NCBI RefSeq assembly: GCF_018350175.1
Contig: NC_058368.1
Coordinates: 56,484,001 to 56,548,000, forward strand
Direction of reading: 5' to 3'
Length of the DNA stretch: 64,000 nt
Source of the DNA: Felis catus
Lineage: Eukaryota
Below, one piece after another: positions 51,200 to 64,000 of the stretch (position 1 is its first letter; each line of letters opens with the position of its first letter). The position numbers and the translations under genes are program-made. The notes under the pieces were generated by a model that saw only the letters and a program-made list of their open reading frames with translations, ran no database searches and was not told the origin of the DNA.

Positions 51200-51570
51200 A
51201 AAGTCTAGTTTGTCTGATCTAAGTATTGCTACTCCAACTTTCTTTTGACATCCATTTGTGTGATAAATATTTCTTCACCTTGCCACTTTCAATCTGCTGG
51301 TGTTTTTAGGTCTAAAATGACTGTCTTGCAGGCAGCATATATTTGGGTCTTTTTCTTCCCCCCCTCCATTCTGATTCTGTCTTTTGATTGGAGCATTTAG
51401 TCCATTTACATTCAAAGTAATTATTGATAGATATGTATGTATTGCCATCTTATTACTTGTTTTGTGTTTATTTCTGGAGATCATCTCTTGTCACTTTTTG
51501 TCCTCCGTTTGCCCTCAGGGGTTTGTTTGTGCTGGACTTCTGGGGGACAGGCCTGCTGCACTGGGACTTT
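51200..51570 (-). mobile_element. Rearranged carnivore L1 fragment (5'UTR-like piece joined to ORF2 start)
   Basis: MAIHTYLSIITLNVNGLNAPIKR...ICCLQDSHF endonuclease N-terminus; upstream cagtgcagcaggcctgtcccccagaag. Confidence 0.8.
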
Positions 51571-52215
51571 GATCCTGCTTTGGTATCAGGGTAATAATAC
51601 TGGCCTCATAGAATGATTTTGAATGTGTTCCCTCTGTTCCATTATTTGTAAGATTGTGATAAAGATTATCATTAACTTTTTTTTTTAATCTTCGATAGAA
51701 TTCACTGCTGAAACCATATAGTCTTGGGCTTTTCTGTATTGGGAGATTTTTGATTCTTAATTCAACTTTCATTCTTGTTATTGGTCTTAGATTTCCTGTT
51801 TCTTGGATTCAGTATTCATGATTCAATCTTGGTAACTTGTGTATTTTTAAGAATTATGTTTTTATTCCCCTAAGTTATCTGATTTGTTAGTATATAATTA
51901 TACTAATCTGTTATCTCATTATATATATCTTTGGTCCCATTTTATTGTTTTCTCTTCCATTTCCCATTTTGGTTTTTGAATCTTCTCTCTTTTTTCTTCA
52001 GTTATTATAGTTAAAGCATTGCCAATTTTGTTTATTTTTTTAGAAAAACTGGTCATTATTTTCAATGTTATGTTATTATTCTGGCCTCTGTTTTATATAT
52101 TTCTCATTTTTTTTGTTATTTCCTTCCTCTCCTAAATTTCAGATAACTGTCTTCTTTTTCTAGTTCCTTGTGGTATAATGTTTTTTACATAAGAAATTTT
52201 TCTTAATATAAGAAT
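51571..52215 (-). mobile_element. Older L1 ORF2 fragment
   Basis: IKNLPIQKSPRLYGFSSEFY...SFYEASIITLIPK. Confidence 0.85.
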
Positions 52216-52254
52216 TATACAATTAATTAATTAATACAATTATACAATTAATAC

Positions 52255-52755
52255 AAGAATGTATATACATACACACACATATATATGTAACATATATTAT
52301 ACACACACATATGCATACATACATATTGTGGAATATTACTCAGCCACAAAGAAAATGAAATCTTGTCATTTGCAACAACATGGTGGGATCTAGAGGGTAG
52401 AATGCTAAGTGCAATAAATCAGTCAGAGAAAGACAAATACCATATGATTTTACTCATATGTGGAATTTAGAAACAAATTAAAAAAGAAAAGAGACAAACA
52501 AACAAAAGCAGACTCTTAAATATAGAAAACAAAGTGGTGGTTACCAGAGAGGATATGGGTGGGGGGATGGCGAAATAGGTGAGGGGGATTAAGATTGTAC
52601 TTACTATGAACAGTACTGAATAATGTATACAATTGTTGAATCAGTACTGTGTAATGTATAGAATTATTGACTCACTATATTATACACCTGAAACTAATAT
52701 ACCTAATGTAACACTTGCTAATAACACTGATTACACTGAAATTAAGAGAAAAAGT
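52255..52755 (+). mobile_element. Carnivore L1 3' end
   Basis: ggaatattactcagccac...cagagaaagacaaataccatatg...tatacacctgaaactaatat. Confidence 0.9.
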
Positions 52756-53590
52756 TTTAAGAATGACATAGGTACTCTCCTCCAGGGCCTAATTGTAAAA
52801 ACTCATTCATATGGCATACTATAAAGGCCATATCTGACCTGCAGTTTTTTTCTTGATAGAAATTTGCAAACTTAAGCCTGACCCTAGAGGAGACTTGAAA
52901 CTAGTAAAAGTCTGGGAACAAAGCAGGATTACATGTATGTACTTAACTGATCTTAGATATTTTCTTTGCCTTGTTGAATTTCATTTTGAATTTCGAATCT
53001 GGGTTATGACTCTGTCATTGACTGTAAGGATAGAGTTTTAAGGTGAGTGAAAGACACAGAAGTGGCTTCATGTGTATAAAATATTTGTAGAGTTCTATTT
53101 ACTGCTTTGTGGAGAGTCAGATTGAGCGGTGGCTACCAATAAAACAACTAAAAGTGACTAAACTGATCGATACTCTCTTACCTTTTATGAATTTGGACAC
53201 TTAAGTTTGAGCAGAATTTAAAAAATAGTGAAACACACACGTAATTTTCAATTAAATATATACCTTCTGAATAAAGATAATTATGTAATTATGTGTTATA
53301 GTATGACACATAATATAATTGGCTATATCTGTTTATTAAATGTAAACTAATATTGCTAACTAGTTGATTACAACCAGATTGATTTGTGTCTTAACAAACC
53401 AGTGTGGGCTAATGAAAGTTTTATAAAGTAGCAAATAGATCAATAAAGCATGATATATTTTTTGACAGAAAGTATGCATTTAGGATATCTATATTATGAT
53501 AATATGCATCTATTCTTTAAATCTTTTATTTATTTCATATGTTTATTTGATATATTTGGCAACTATATATTCTAAAAATCTTAAAAGTTT

Positions 53591-53714
53591 CATCAGGCTC
53601 TGTGCTGATAGCTCAGAGCCTGGAGTCTCTTTCGGACTCTGTGTCTCCCTCTCTCTGCCCCTTCCCTGCTTGTGCTGTGTCTCTCAAAAATAAATAAACA
53701 TTGAAAAAAAATTT
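53591..53714 (+). mobile_element. 5'-truncated CAN-SINE
   Basis: 15-bp TSD aaatcttaaaagttt at 53576-53590 and 53715-53729. Confidence 0.93.
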
Positions 53715-54425
53715 AAATCTTAAAAGTTTTTAAAAGGTAAAATAATATTCCTTTTATTTAATTCAGTCATGATTCATAGGGAGAAACACCTTAAATTACG
53801 TTCTTTTTTTATTTAGAAGTCTCATATTCATAGAAATACTGGTATAAATATAACAAAATCATATTTTCAAAGCCATAAAATATTGTCTTGGATATTTAAG
53901 AAAGTAAGAATTTTTTAAACTAGGACATTGTGACTAAGACAAAGTACCTAGCATAATTTACTGAGAAGCAATTCAGAATAAATTATCTCATAGTACAATG
54001 GCTATAAAGTAAAAACAAAAATATATAAATAAATAAGTGATAATCACATGTTAATTAGAGGCAAATGAACCAAATAGAATTTTAGATAGGAAAATTAAAT
54101 ATTAAAAAAGGAAAATGAATTAAAGTTCAGATTTAAAAAATAAAGCAATAATCACCCATTTTATCAATATCCCAGTATATTTGTGAGCTTAAGGCCTATT
54201 AGCATATGTACTTCTGTGTAAAGCATTGAAATTATTAATGATTAAATATTTCTTAAGTGTGAAATTCTCAAATGTTTTTACTTATTTCATTTTTATATAG
54301 TACCTGCAATTAATTTTGTCTGTATATGCTTTACTTTTATACACTATCAGTACCTCAAAACATTGTTGAAATGTTTTTGGTATTCACAATTTTTTTTGTG
54401 GTTCTCTTAAGAATAAGCCAACATG

Positions 54426-55084
54426 TGGTGGGAATGCAAATTGGTGCAGCCGCTCTGGAAAGCAGTGTGGAGGTTCCTCAGAAAATTAAAAATAGACCTA
54501 CCCTATGACCCAGCAATAGCACTGCTAGGAATTTATCCAAGGGATACAGGAGTACTGATGCATAGGGCCACTTGTACCCCAATGTTCATAGCAGCACTCT
54601 CAACAATAGCCAAATTATGGAAAGAGCCTAAATGTCCATCAACTGATGAATGGATAAAGAAATTGTGGTTTATATACACAATGGAATATTACGTGGCAAT
54701 GAGAAAAAATGAAATATGGCCTTTTGTAGCAACGTGGATGGAACTGGAGAGTGTGATGCTAAGTGAAATAAGCCATACAGAGAAAGACAGATACCATATG
54801 GTTTCACTCTTATGTGGACCCTGAGAAATTAACAGGAACCCATGGGGGAGGGGAAGGAAAAAAAAAAAAGAGGTTAGAGTGGGAGAGAGCCAAAGCATAA
54901 GAGACTCTTAAAAACTGAGAACAAACTGAGGGTTGATGGGGGTGGGAGGGAGGAGAGGGTGGGTGATGGGTATTGAGGAGGGCACCTTTTGGGATGAGCA
55001 CTGGGTGTTGTATGAAAACTAATTTGTCAATAAATTTCATATAAAAAAAAATTTAAAAAAAATTTAAAAAAAATTAAAAAAAAA
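54426..55084 (+). mobile_element. Young 5'-truncated felid L1 (last part of ORF2 open, 3'UTR, patterned tail)
   Basis: Perfect 17-bp TSD aagaataagccaacatg at 54409-54425 and 55085-55101. Confidence 0.98.
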
Positions 55085-55306
55085 AAGAATAAGCCAACAT
55101 GATCTTATAAACCAATTTATGTAAAACAAACAAGCAAAATTGGTTATTTTTAACCTACTTCGGGTAAAGAAATAATTTTTTCTCTTTTTGCTTGAAATTG
55201 AAAGAAATGCAAAGAAATGAAGAAGTTAACTCTATTTTGAATCCTTGAAAAGTATTTTGAAATGCCTACCTGTACCCTCAATATAAAGCAACATTAAAAG
55301 AAGGAA

Positions 55307-55522
55307 GGGGTGCCTGGGTGGCTCAGTCAGTTAAGCATCTGATTCTTGATCTAGGCTGAGGTCATGATCTTACAATCAAAGGATCAAGCCCTGTATTAGA
55401 CTCTGCACTGACCTCGTGGAGCCTGCTTGGAATTCTCCCTCCCTGTCTCTCTGTCCCTCCCCTGTGCATATATGCTCTCTCTCTTTCTCTTCCTCAAAAT
55501 AAATAAACATCAAAAAATTACT
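55307..55522 (+). mobile_element. CAN-SINE
   Basis: Canonical head and tail. Confidence 0.94.
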
Positions 55523-56274
55523 ATTAAAATAAGAAAGAAAGGAGGAAGAAGAGGAGAAGGAAGGAGAAGAATAAGAAAAAAAAAGTGTGTGTCTATACAT
55601 GTACACACACAACTATATGTATACATATGCCTATATATATGGCAAATAATATACTCTTTATAGCTACAGCAGTAATCCCAACCTGACTAAGATTCTCTAA
55701 AAAGCTAGCTAGATGATACAAGCACAGGACATCTTTGTTATTGTTGTTTTTCTTTGTTGTTGTTGTTGTTGAATGGCAGTGGGCCATCCTAAAGTATAGA
55801 GCTAGAGGTGGCTGAAAGACATCTTCATTTTTCCCTCCATGAGGGAAAACCATTAAGGCCCACTTTTCCTTCAGCTGATGTGGAAGTGCTAATATAGTGA
55901 GAAACTAGCAAAATAACATGTCAGCTAAAGATAGTGAACTTGCTTCAGGTAGAGGAAAGAATAAGCCTAATACCATTTCCCAAATGAAAGCAGGGACAGA
56001 TTAACTAAAGAAAGGGAGTCATGGCCAGGCTTTCTCTTTAGCAGGAGCAACTTCAGAAGCTTTACTCATTCAGTCTCCTGGGCAAGTTATGTGTCTCAGC
56101 CTATAAAACATGTCACTTCCCAGATCCAGATTCATTTATATCACTTGGTTGAGTCTTCATTCTCAACTATTAGTGCTTTTAATTTCACTAATCCAGAGCA
56201 GCCTTATTTAGCCTAGGACTGTTAAAAAGATGTGATAGATATACTTACCAACATGAAGATTGCTTTCCAAAAGT

Positions 56275-56455
56275 CAGGATTAATATATGACAATATAGGT
56301 TTATACGTTGTAACAAATGCATCATTCTGGTGAGGATGTTGACAGTGGGAAAGGCTATGGGTGTGTGAGAGCAAGGGCTATATGAAAACTTTCTGTACCT
56401 ACTTTTCAATTTTGCTGTGAACTTGAAAGTGTCCAAAAAAATGAAATCTTACAAA
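56275..56455 (+). mobile_element. L1MC-type 3' end fragment
   Basis: tgtaacaaatgcatcattctggtgaggatgttgacagtggg...caattttgctgtgaac. Confidence 0.8.
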
Positions 56456-58024
56456 AAATTAGCCAGAGACTGCCTGTTGCCAAACAGAAAACATAAGATA
56501 CAGTAATTTATTTTTTTCTTAAGATTTAATAGTAAGTATTATTAAGGAAATTAAAAAAAATCAAGCATAAAATGCTATTTGTGCCTACTTATATCTCTGA
56601 ATCAGTTTTTTCTTCAATGTTAACCAAACCAGTAATGGTTAATTTAGACCTGTGGCTGACATAAAATGATGACTTACTTAGTTTCAAATATTAGGTTAGT
56701 TGAAGCAGTTTAATCTTCTATTTCATCAACCTTTTGAGAAATGTTTATTTCAAATTTGCGTGTAAAATACATATGTTCCAAGGAGATGTCTTTAACTGTT
56801 TTAAGTATTGACACATTACATATGATCTAACCTCAAAAGTAAGTCTTGCATGTTTTAGAGAAAACAAGAACCAAAAACAAAAATTACAACAAAAACAAAT
56901 TAAAATGAATAACAGTGTTTAAAGGATAAGAAAGGAAAAAAAGAGGAAGAAAGGAAGGAAATGAGAAGGCAGTTCATTATTCAATTACTTCAAAATGAAA
57001 GAAAAGAAATGCAAGATATAGAGAGCATAGAAGACTAAGAAAAATCTTAAATACTCCCCAGATAGGAATTCTGTATGATATTAAGTCTTCATAATTATTT
57101 TTATCCAGGACTTTTAGCTTTTAACTACACCTGTGGTTTGGTTTTCTGTTCATTTTATCTAAGCTCTGGAAGTAACATTTATTGTTAGTAATAATTTAAT
57201 GAGAATCTAGCAGTGCCCTGTTTTATTTCTATGTGAATAAATATGCTATTAAAGCAGTATTTTCCCATTAAGATATATAGTTCATAATTTAGGTTTAGTC
57301 AAAGGAGAATAAACTTGTTTTTCTAAATAGAGTGAAGTTTTAGATGATTTTATATAAGAGGATATCCAACTTCTCTTCCATAAAAGTTAACCCTTTTTAT
57401 AATTTATAAGAGTTTTCAATACAAATGTAAGTCATAAAATATGTGTTTTATGTGGAATTGAGTTAGGATGGTACTGGAATATTAGTTCAAGGTTTTGAAA
57501 ATGTCCTCATAGATTGTATCTAATAATATCTACAAGGCTAAGTATAACTGTTCTCCCAGTTGAACCAAACTATAAAGTTAACTCATTTCCTGACTTTATT
57601 TAGACTTTAATTTCTTTTATAGTGGTGATTAAGTAAGAATAGTATACCATTAAAGTGAAGGACAAGCACGAAATGTATTTCCTTTTAAATTTGTTAACAC
57701 TCTACAGTTTCTGGAAGATGAATTCTTACAAGAAAAAACATTTACTGTCAGGCCATTATGTTCAAAGTATTTAAAGCGTGCTTATTTCTTATTGGGCATT
57801 ACATCAGAATGGTTTTGCATACTTTTATAGACAAGACACCTGCTGTGTTTTTTAAAAAGAGATACAGTTTGAAAACCATTTAATCAGGTGTACAAATAGC
57901 TAATAAAATCTAGGATTAAAAACAATCTGTGCTCATTATTTTAGAATTTTGCACTAAATTCTGTAAGTATAAACTATGTATTTCTATCTTCTAAAGTGTA
58001 ATGAGAAAAAAAAAGTGCATAAAT

Positions 58025-58180
58025 AGAGGTCTGGAATTTAATATAATTTTAGCTTTGCTGTAACTATGAATGATTATTCACTAAATCAATTCAGCCATCT
58101 GTCTCAGCTAATGTATTTGTAAAATGAAGGTAAAAAGAGAGATGATTAACACATTCTCAGTGATAAATATTCTAATTTTA
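58025..58180 (+). mobile_element. MIR
   Basis: tctgtctcagctaatgtatttgtaaaatgaagg core. Confidence 0.6.
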
Positions 58181-59747
58181 ATGTAATAAGTGCCTGAACA
58201 CTTATCTTGATCATAGAATAGAGTCAGGACTTTTTTTGAACTTGGAAAAAAATTATTATAATGCATTTAATCCCATATTTCTTGATAGAATAATATAAAG
58301 GAATTCATTCTATTGACTTGCATATTTTTTGATTAAGTATGAACTGAAGATTAAAATGAGATACATAAGTAATTCTTATATTATGCCAGATACCAAAGAA
58401 TAATTATTATCATTATTTAACTAATGATTTTTTTCATAAGAAAACACACTTTTTACAGGCTTTATAATTTAAAGGATACATACAGTACACTTTTATTCTG
58501 CTGAAGATGTAGCATTGCCCTGAAGAAAATTTGCATAGCACACTGTCTGAGATGCCATGGTGATTGAGAAGATAAGTTATTTAATAAATTGGGAGATGGC
58601 TTAGAGAAATAAAGTATTCTCCAAAGGGAGGCAAATAGAAACATTAAACATTGTACAATAAAGGGGGAGAAAGTGAAAATTAACATCATTCAATGTACAA
58701 TCATTTATCGATATATTTCTATTTGCTAAAATTATACTTCTGGTAATAGTAAAAATACATGTTAACATTCTATGCAAAGGAGATTATAACCTATTGACTT
58801 ATTTACAGTCTATTGTCATAATATTTAAAAAATTACAAAACAGAGGTATAAAATTTGTGTTGTAAAGTGAAGGCAAAATAAAATAACTGTGGTTATTTAT
58901 AGACTATTGAGCTATTCTGTGAACTAGATCTTACATATTTTTAAAGAAATGCATTTATTCCCATAAATAAGGTATGTCTAATTAAAACCAGACATATGCT
59001 GATAAAAAACATTGCCATTTATATATTAAGCCCTGAAAAGAACTCACAGCTGCTACTCAAAATAATTGACAAATGATTGCATTATTATATCCTTTTTTAT
59101 GTAAATTATAATATAAGATGCTACTATTTAGCATAAGATGGACATATATAGTACAATTTTAAACACAATAAAGGTTTATTATGTTGCTGTCTTATTTTTC
59201 TTATCTTGAGTGAATATCCTGTGTGTGCATTTACATAAATGATTTATTTTTGTCCCAATCTGACAAACATTCTGTGGCCTAGGTGAAACCTTCAGTAAGA
59301 TCAGAAGTTATTTTGTAGGTTGCATTAATTAAGTAATTAATACACCTGATGTTAAAGGAATTTCTAAAGGTATAAAAATATATGCTGTTATTGTTCTCTT
59401 TCCACATTTTTCAAATATCTCTAGAGAATGTCAATATTACTATTAGAGAAACAAATTTCTTATTATTAGTTTCAACTAAAATTAATCATAGAAATACATT
59501 TTACCCTACCGTGATATTAGATATTTGCAGTAACTACCATGTTTTTTCCGCACATCTTTTTAAAATCACAATTTCTGCAGTGAAGCTAAATGATGTCTGT
59601 TGGAAAGATGTCATTTTTATATACTCAAAGTTGGAAGTAATTGCTACTTGTGAATATGAATTTTCGTGATACATCTTATATTTTATTAATATAATGCATA
59701 TATATTAAATTTATTCATGAATTTCTGATATATCAAATCACCTTTCT

Positions 59748-59968
59748 GTGTGGCTGGGTGGCTCAGTGGGTCGAGCAACTGTCTCTTTATTTCAAAGGCT
59801 CAGGTCATGATCCCAGAGTCTTGGGATTGAACCCTGCACAGGGCTCAGAGCTGGGAGTGGAGCCTGCTTAAGATTCTCTCTCTCTGTCTCTCCCTCTGCC
59901 CCTCTCTCCCGCTCATGCACTCCCTTTCTCTCTAAAAAAGACCCAAAAACAAAAAACAAAAAAATGAA
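59748..59968 (+). mobile_element. Older CAN-SINE
   Basis: ctgggtggctcagtgggtcgagc...ggagcctgcttaagattctctc. Confidence 0.92.
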
Positions 59969-59992
59969 AAACATCTCCCAATGTGTAACAGG

Positions 59993-60145
59993 CCTTTGCT
60001 ACTCACATATGGCCCATGGACCATATGTGTCCCGAAAGAGCTAACTATACAGAATCTCAAGTCCTATCTCAGAACTACTGATTCAGAATATGTAGTTTTG
60101 ATAATATCAATCTTAGTAATTTTTGGATAAATTAAAGTTTGTTAT
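59993..60145. mobile_element. MER5A1-like hAT-Charlie MITE
   Basis: tgctactcac...cagaatctcaagtcctatctcagaactactgattcagaat...attaaagtttg. Confidence 0.7.
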
Positions 60146-60937
60146 TGGTTATTGTAAGTAAAATAATCAACAAACCATATGTTTAATAATTAATGTAGAA
60201 GTGTTTTTGGTGAACCGATTATTGCAATTGTCAATACAATAATTAATTTGTATATCTCTGAATTTAAAAACCTTCACTATTAAGACCTAAGAATAATTTA
60301 AGATACATTGTTTAATCAGAATTCCAAGAGATATTATAAATAGGTAGGAAGAAAAACAAAGACAGGAGTAAAGATCAGTCTATTTTTCCTTTTCCTTACA
60401 TATTGTTGGGGATTTTAGAGTTTAACAGATTCCAGCTTATATTATAAGAGAAAAAATTATTTGATACTATGTCTTGATCCATGTCCCAAAATATAGCCAA
60501 CATTTTATGAAATTTATGTGGTAATATTAAGTAAACAGTAAGTAAAAGTTGCTTTAAAGTAATTTCACTTACTGATCTAAATTAAATGATTAATGGCTAT
60601 TCTTCAGGAAACTTGTTTTGATTATATTCAATATCAATGTAATTAATTTAATTTAGATTCATTTGTTGTACCTGAACTATAGTACATTTTTCCACATACT
60701 AAATCACACTTGAAAAAGTCTGCAAATGATTCCTTAACATGCCTGGTATGTTTTAGGGATTCTATATTAATTCTAGCCTCTATTTTTTTCTCTTTAATAT
60801 CCCCATGGCAAAATCTCTCACTTCCTTTCAGCATTCTTACATATTCATCTGCCTTTGAGGCCTGTCCTAACTTGAGAATTAGAACATAAGTGAGTTCTTA
60901 AAGTGTAGATATGGAAGTTATTTATACAAATGATTAC

Positions 60938-61680
60938 TTCAACAAAAATTTATTGAGGGTCTACTATGAACTAGGCACTACTCTGGGTAGTAGGAAGATA
61001 GAGCGGATGGGGACAAACCAGAAACAGCACGGTTAGGTAAATTCACTATGGTGGAAGGTGATGAAAATGCTGTGAGGAAGGGGAAGAAATCAGGATAAGG
61101 TGATGGAAGGTGCCATGAATGAGGATGTTGTAGTCTAATAAAAATGATTGGTGACCTATCTGGTGAGACATGGGTAGTGGTTTGAGATTTTGAAAGCTCT
61201 CTTTTGATTGATTTATCTCAGGGAGACAGAGATGAGTATCACCAGGTGAGAGTAACTTTTGGGGAGAAAATGTGAGATGTTTTGGGATAGTACAAGTACA
61301 TGGACTGAGGAAGAGTTTCATAATCATTCCATCCCATCAACCATTCATTTGCAGCTTATGATTATTAGAGTGAGAACAGCTACTATAGTTTTATTTTTCT
61401 GCAGCCCTCTTGATCAGTGTAGGTAGGATCAGAGTTGGATTAAAACACCATATTTTTCAGAATGTATTTGGGAGAGGTGAGGTTTGATAAAACCACTAAG
61501 AATAAGAGTGAGAAAAGAAAAAAAGAAGAGGGAAGGAAACATTAAACTAAAATCATCCATAGTGAATGGCTACCAAAATTAAAAGAACAGGGATAAGAGA
61601 CTGAGAAATAGCAGTCCATACTGTGGATATGGGTAGTACATAGTCAAGAATGGTAAGACATGACTGCTTACTGGAAAAAC
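60938..61680 (-). mobile_element. L2 fragments
   Basis: ttcaacaaaaatttattgagggtctactatgaactaggcact L2 3' terminus. Confidence 0.75.
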
Positions 61681-61884
61681 ATTACATTTTTGTTTGTTTG
61701 TTTGTTTTTGTAAAAATGTTTATATATCTTGACCCAGAAATTATTCAGGAAATTTATCTGTAAAAAATACCCTCCCCCAAAATAACTCAAAAGATGGGTA
61801 TGAAGTTTAGCTTACTGGAAAACATTAATTTTTTAAAGTAATTTAACTGATGATTTTATTATTGATGTAATTGCAGTTTAATTT

Positions 61885-62077
61885 GATTTATTTTTTTAAT
61901 CTATTTTCTTTATTTTGAGAGAGAATGCAAGTGGGAGAGGGACAGAGAAAGAATCTGAAACAGGCTTCATCTCAGTGCAGAGCCCCAACATGGGGCTTGA
62001 TCCCTTGGCCCTGAGATCATGACCTGAGTCTAAATCAAGAGTCGACAATTAACCAACTGAGCCACCCCAGGCACCCC
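61885..62077 (-). mobile_element. CAN-SINE
   Basis: 17-bp TSD taattgcagtttaattt at 61868-61884 and 62079-62095. Confidence 0.95.
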
Positions 62078-62414
62078 ATAATTGCAGTTTAATTTTAAAT
62101 ACTAGGCTTTTGTTGTTGTTGTTGTTGTTGTTGAAAGCATGAGGATCTTGCATCATTTATTTTTGTATTACTACAAAATCAATCATCAATAGCTTCTAAG
62201 GATATTAGGAAGCATGCCTAAAATTTGCCAATTCTAGGACAAAGGGAACACATCAAGATTATAAAAGATTAATGTAAGTAATTAATAAAAGAAAATGATG
62301 TATCAGTGCTATTTTTGCCCCTCTTATTTGTGAATGGATTAATTATTTAAATAGCTGAAGTTGCCAAAACACTAATGTGTTTATTACTTTCTGAGTTTCC
62401 TATTAAGCTTTGTA

Positions 62415-63162
62415 TAGGCACACCTCAGAAAAAAGGCAGGTTCGGTCTCAGGCCCTCACAATAAAGCATACATTGTAATAAAGTGAGTCAAATGATATAT
62501 ATATATTTTTTTTTCATTGCATATAAAAGTTAAGTGTAAACTGTAACTGTAATTACATTAAGTGTGCAATAGCATTTTGTCCAAAAAGCCAGAATACATC
62601 CTTGGTTAAAAAATAGTTTATTGCTAAAAAATGCTAACCATTACCTGAGTGAAGTTTGCTGCATTGATTCTGTAGTTCACTAACAGTGTCTCATAGCATG
62701 TGATCCTGTTTGATGGCATTTTACCCAAAGTAGAACTTCTTTCAAAATTGGAATCAGTCATCATAAACCCTGCCCCTGCTGTCATTTCAACAATTTTCAT
62801 AGAATCTTCACCAGGAGCAGATTCTTAATAAGAAGCAACTCTTCATCCATTAACTCTAGTTCTCTTGCTAATGCTGCCACATTTGCTGTGACTTCCTTCA
62901 CTGAAATCTTGAACCCCTCAAGGTTACCATAAGGGTTGGAATCAATGTGTTCCAACTCTTGTTAATGTTGGTATTTTGACCTCTGCCCATGAATCACAGA
63001 TGCTTTTAATGGCATCTGGAAGAGTGAAGACTTTTCAGAGGTTTTCAATTGACTTTTCCAGGATCCATCAGAGGAAATCACTATCTTTGGTGGCAGAGCC
63101 TTAAAAAATGTAATTCTTTTTTAAAAAAAATTTAAATGTTTTATTTATTCTGAGAGAGAGAG

Positions 63163-63209
<47 letters not shown>

Positions 63210-63808
63210 GAAAGTGCATGAGCAGGAGAGGGGCAGAGTGAGACAGGGACACAGAATCAGAAGTAGGCTGTAGACGCTGAGCTGTCAGCACAGAGCCCGA
63301 TGCAGGGATCAAACTCACAAGCCATGAGATCATGACCTGAGCCAAAGTCAGACTCTTTACCGACTGAGCCACCCAGGCACCCCTAAAAGATGTAATTCTT
63401 AAATAATAAGACTTAAAAGTTGAAATTCCTTCTTGATCCATGGGCTATAGAATGGGTGTTGTGCTGGCAGGGATGAAAACAATATTAGTTTTGTCATACA
63501 TCTCCATCAGAACTCTTGGATTGCCAGTGGCATTTTCAATGAGAAGTAATGTTTTATGAGGAATATTTTTTCTAAACAGTAGGTCTCAACAGTGGGCTTA
63601 AAAGATTTAGTAAACCGTGTTGTAAAATGATGTGCTATCATTCAGACTTTGTTGTTCCATTTCTAGAGTAAAGACAGAGGAGATAAAGCATAATTATTAA
63701 GGGCCCTCGGATTTCCAGAATGGTCAATGAGCATTGGCTTCAACTTTGTCACCAGTGGTGTTTGCCCCTAGTAAGAGAGGTAGTCTGTCCTTTAAAGCTT
63801 TGAAGCCA
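62415..63808 (-). mobile_element. Tigger1 DNA transposon (decayed DDE transposase), interrupted by SINEs and probably continuing past the window
   Basis: TA then TIR taggcacacctc; minus strand encodes PGFKALKDRLPLLLGAN...KPMLIDHSGNPRAL...FKPTVETYC. Confidence 0.93.
63119..63383 (-). mobile_element. CAN-SINE containing (GAAA)n
   Basis: TSD taaaaaatgtaattctt/taaaagatgtaattctt. Confidence 0.96.
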
Positions 63809-63957
63809 GGGGCGCCTGGGTGGCTCAGTCGGTTAAGGGTCTGACTTTGGCTCAGGTCATGATTTCATGGTTTGTGTGTTCAAGCCCTGTGTTGGGCTCT
63901 GTGCTGAAAGCTCAGAGCCTGGAGCCTGATTCAGATTCTGTGTCTACCTCTCTTTCT
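63809..63957 (+). mobile_element. CAN-SINE interrupted in its CT region
   Basis: Canonical head and body up to tgtctacctctc. Confidence 0.93.
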
Positions 63958-64000
63958 TTTTTAAAAAAATTTTTTTCCAACGTTTTTTTATTTATTTTTC
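63958..64000 (-). mobile_element. Tail of a second, young CAN-SINE nested in the previous SINE, cut by the window edge
   Basis: aaaaaaattttttttccaacgtttttttatttattttt matches the SINEC_Fc tail seen at 6376 and 28822. Confidence 0.7.

Noticed and set aside
52943..53050. Splice-like signals on both strands
   Set aside because: All frames contain stops; consistent with chance motifs.

Overview
AT-rich mammalian genomic DNA from a felid (carnivore tRNA-derived CAN-SINEs including young SINEC_Fc-type copies, and felid L1). The window is intergenic or deep intronic. No protein-coding gene, RNA gene or CRISPR array can be supported. It is dominated by interspersed repeats: about 22 CAN-SINEs (most with readable TSDs), L1 of several ages, solo LTRs (MLT1, MLT2, MER34-, MER67- and ERV2-like), Tigger1, Tigger2a, MER5A1, and L2/MIR/HAL1 relics. 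The most unusual structure is a 3.9-kb block (33854-37738) splitting an L1MA9-type 3'UTR. It is bounded by a 12-bp TSD-like repeat, ends in an A-rich tail, starts with a GC-rich CpG-decayed head, and carries repeats older than its host, which suggests a retrocopy or orphan transduction of a non-coding transcript from another locus. Also present: a both-ends-intact felid L1 lacking the ORF1 C-terminus and endonuclease domain, a templated 140-bp intra-L1 copy, a palindrome-associated 59-bp tandem duplication, and weak minus-strand exon candidates. Repeat subfamily names come from visual recognition of consensus sequences and need RepeatMasker/Dfam confirmation.
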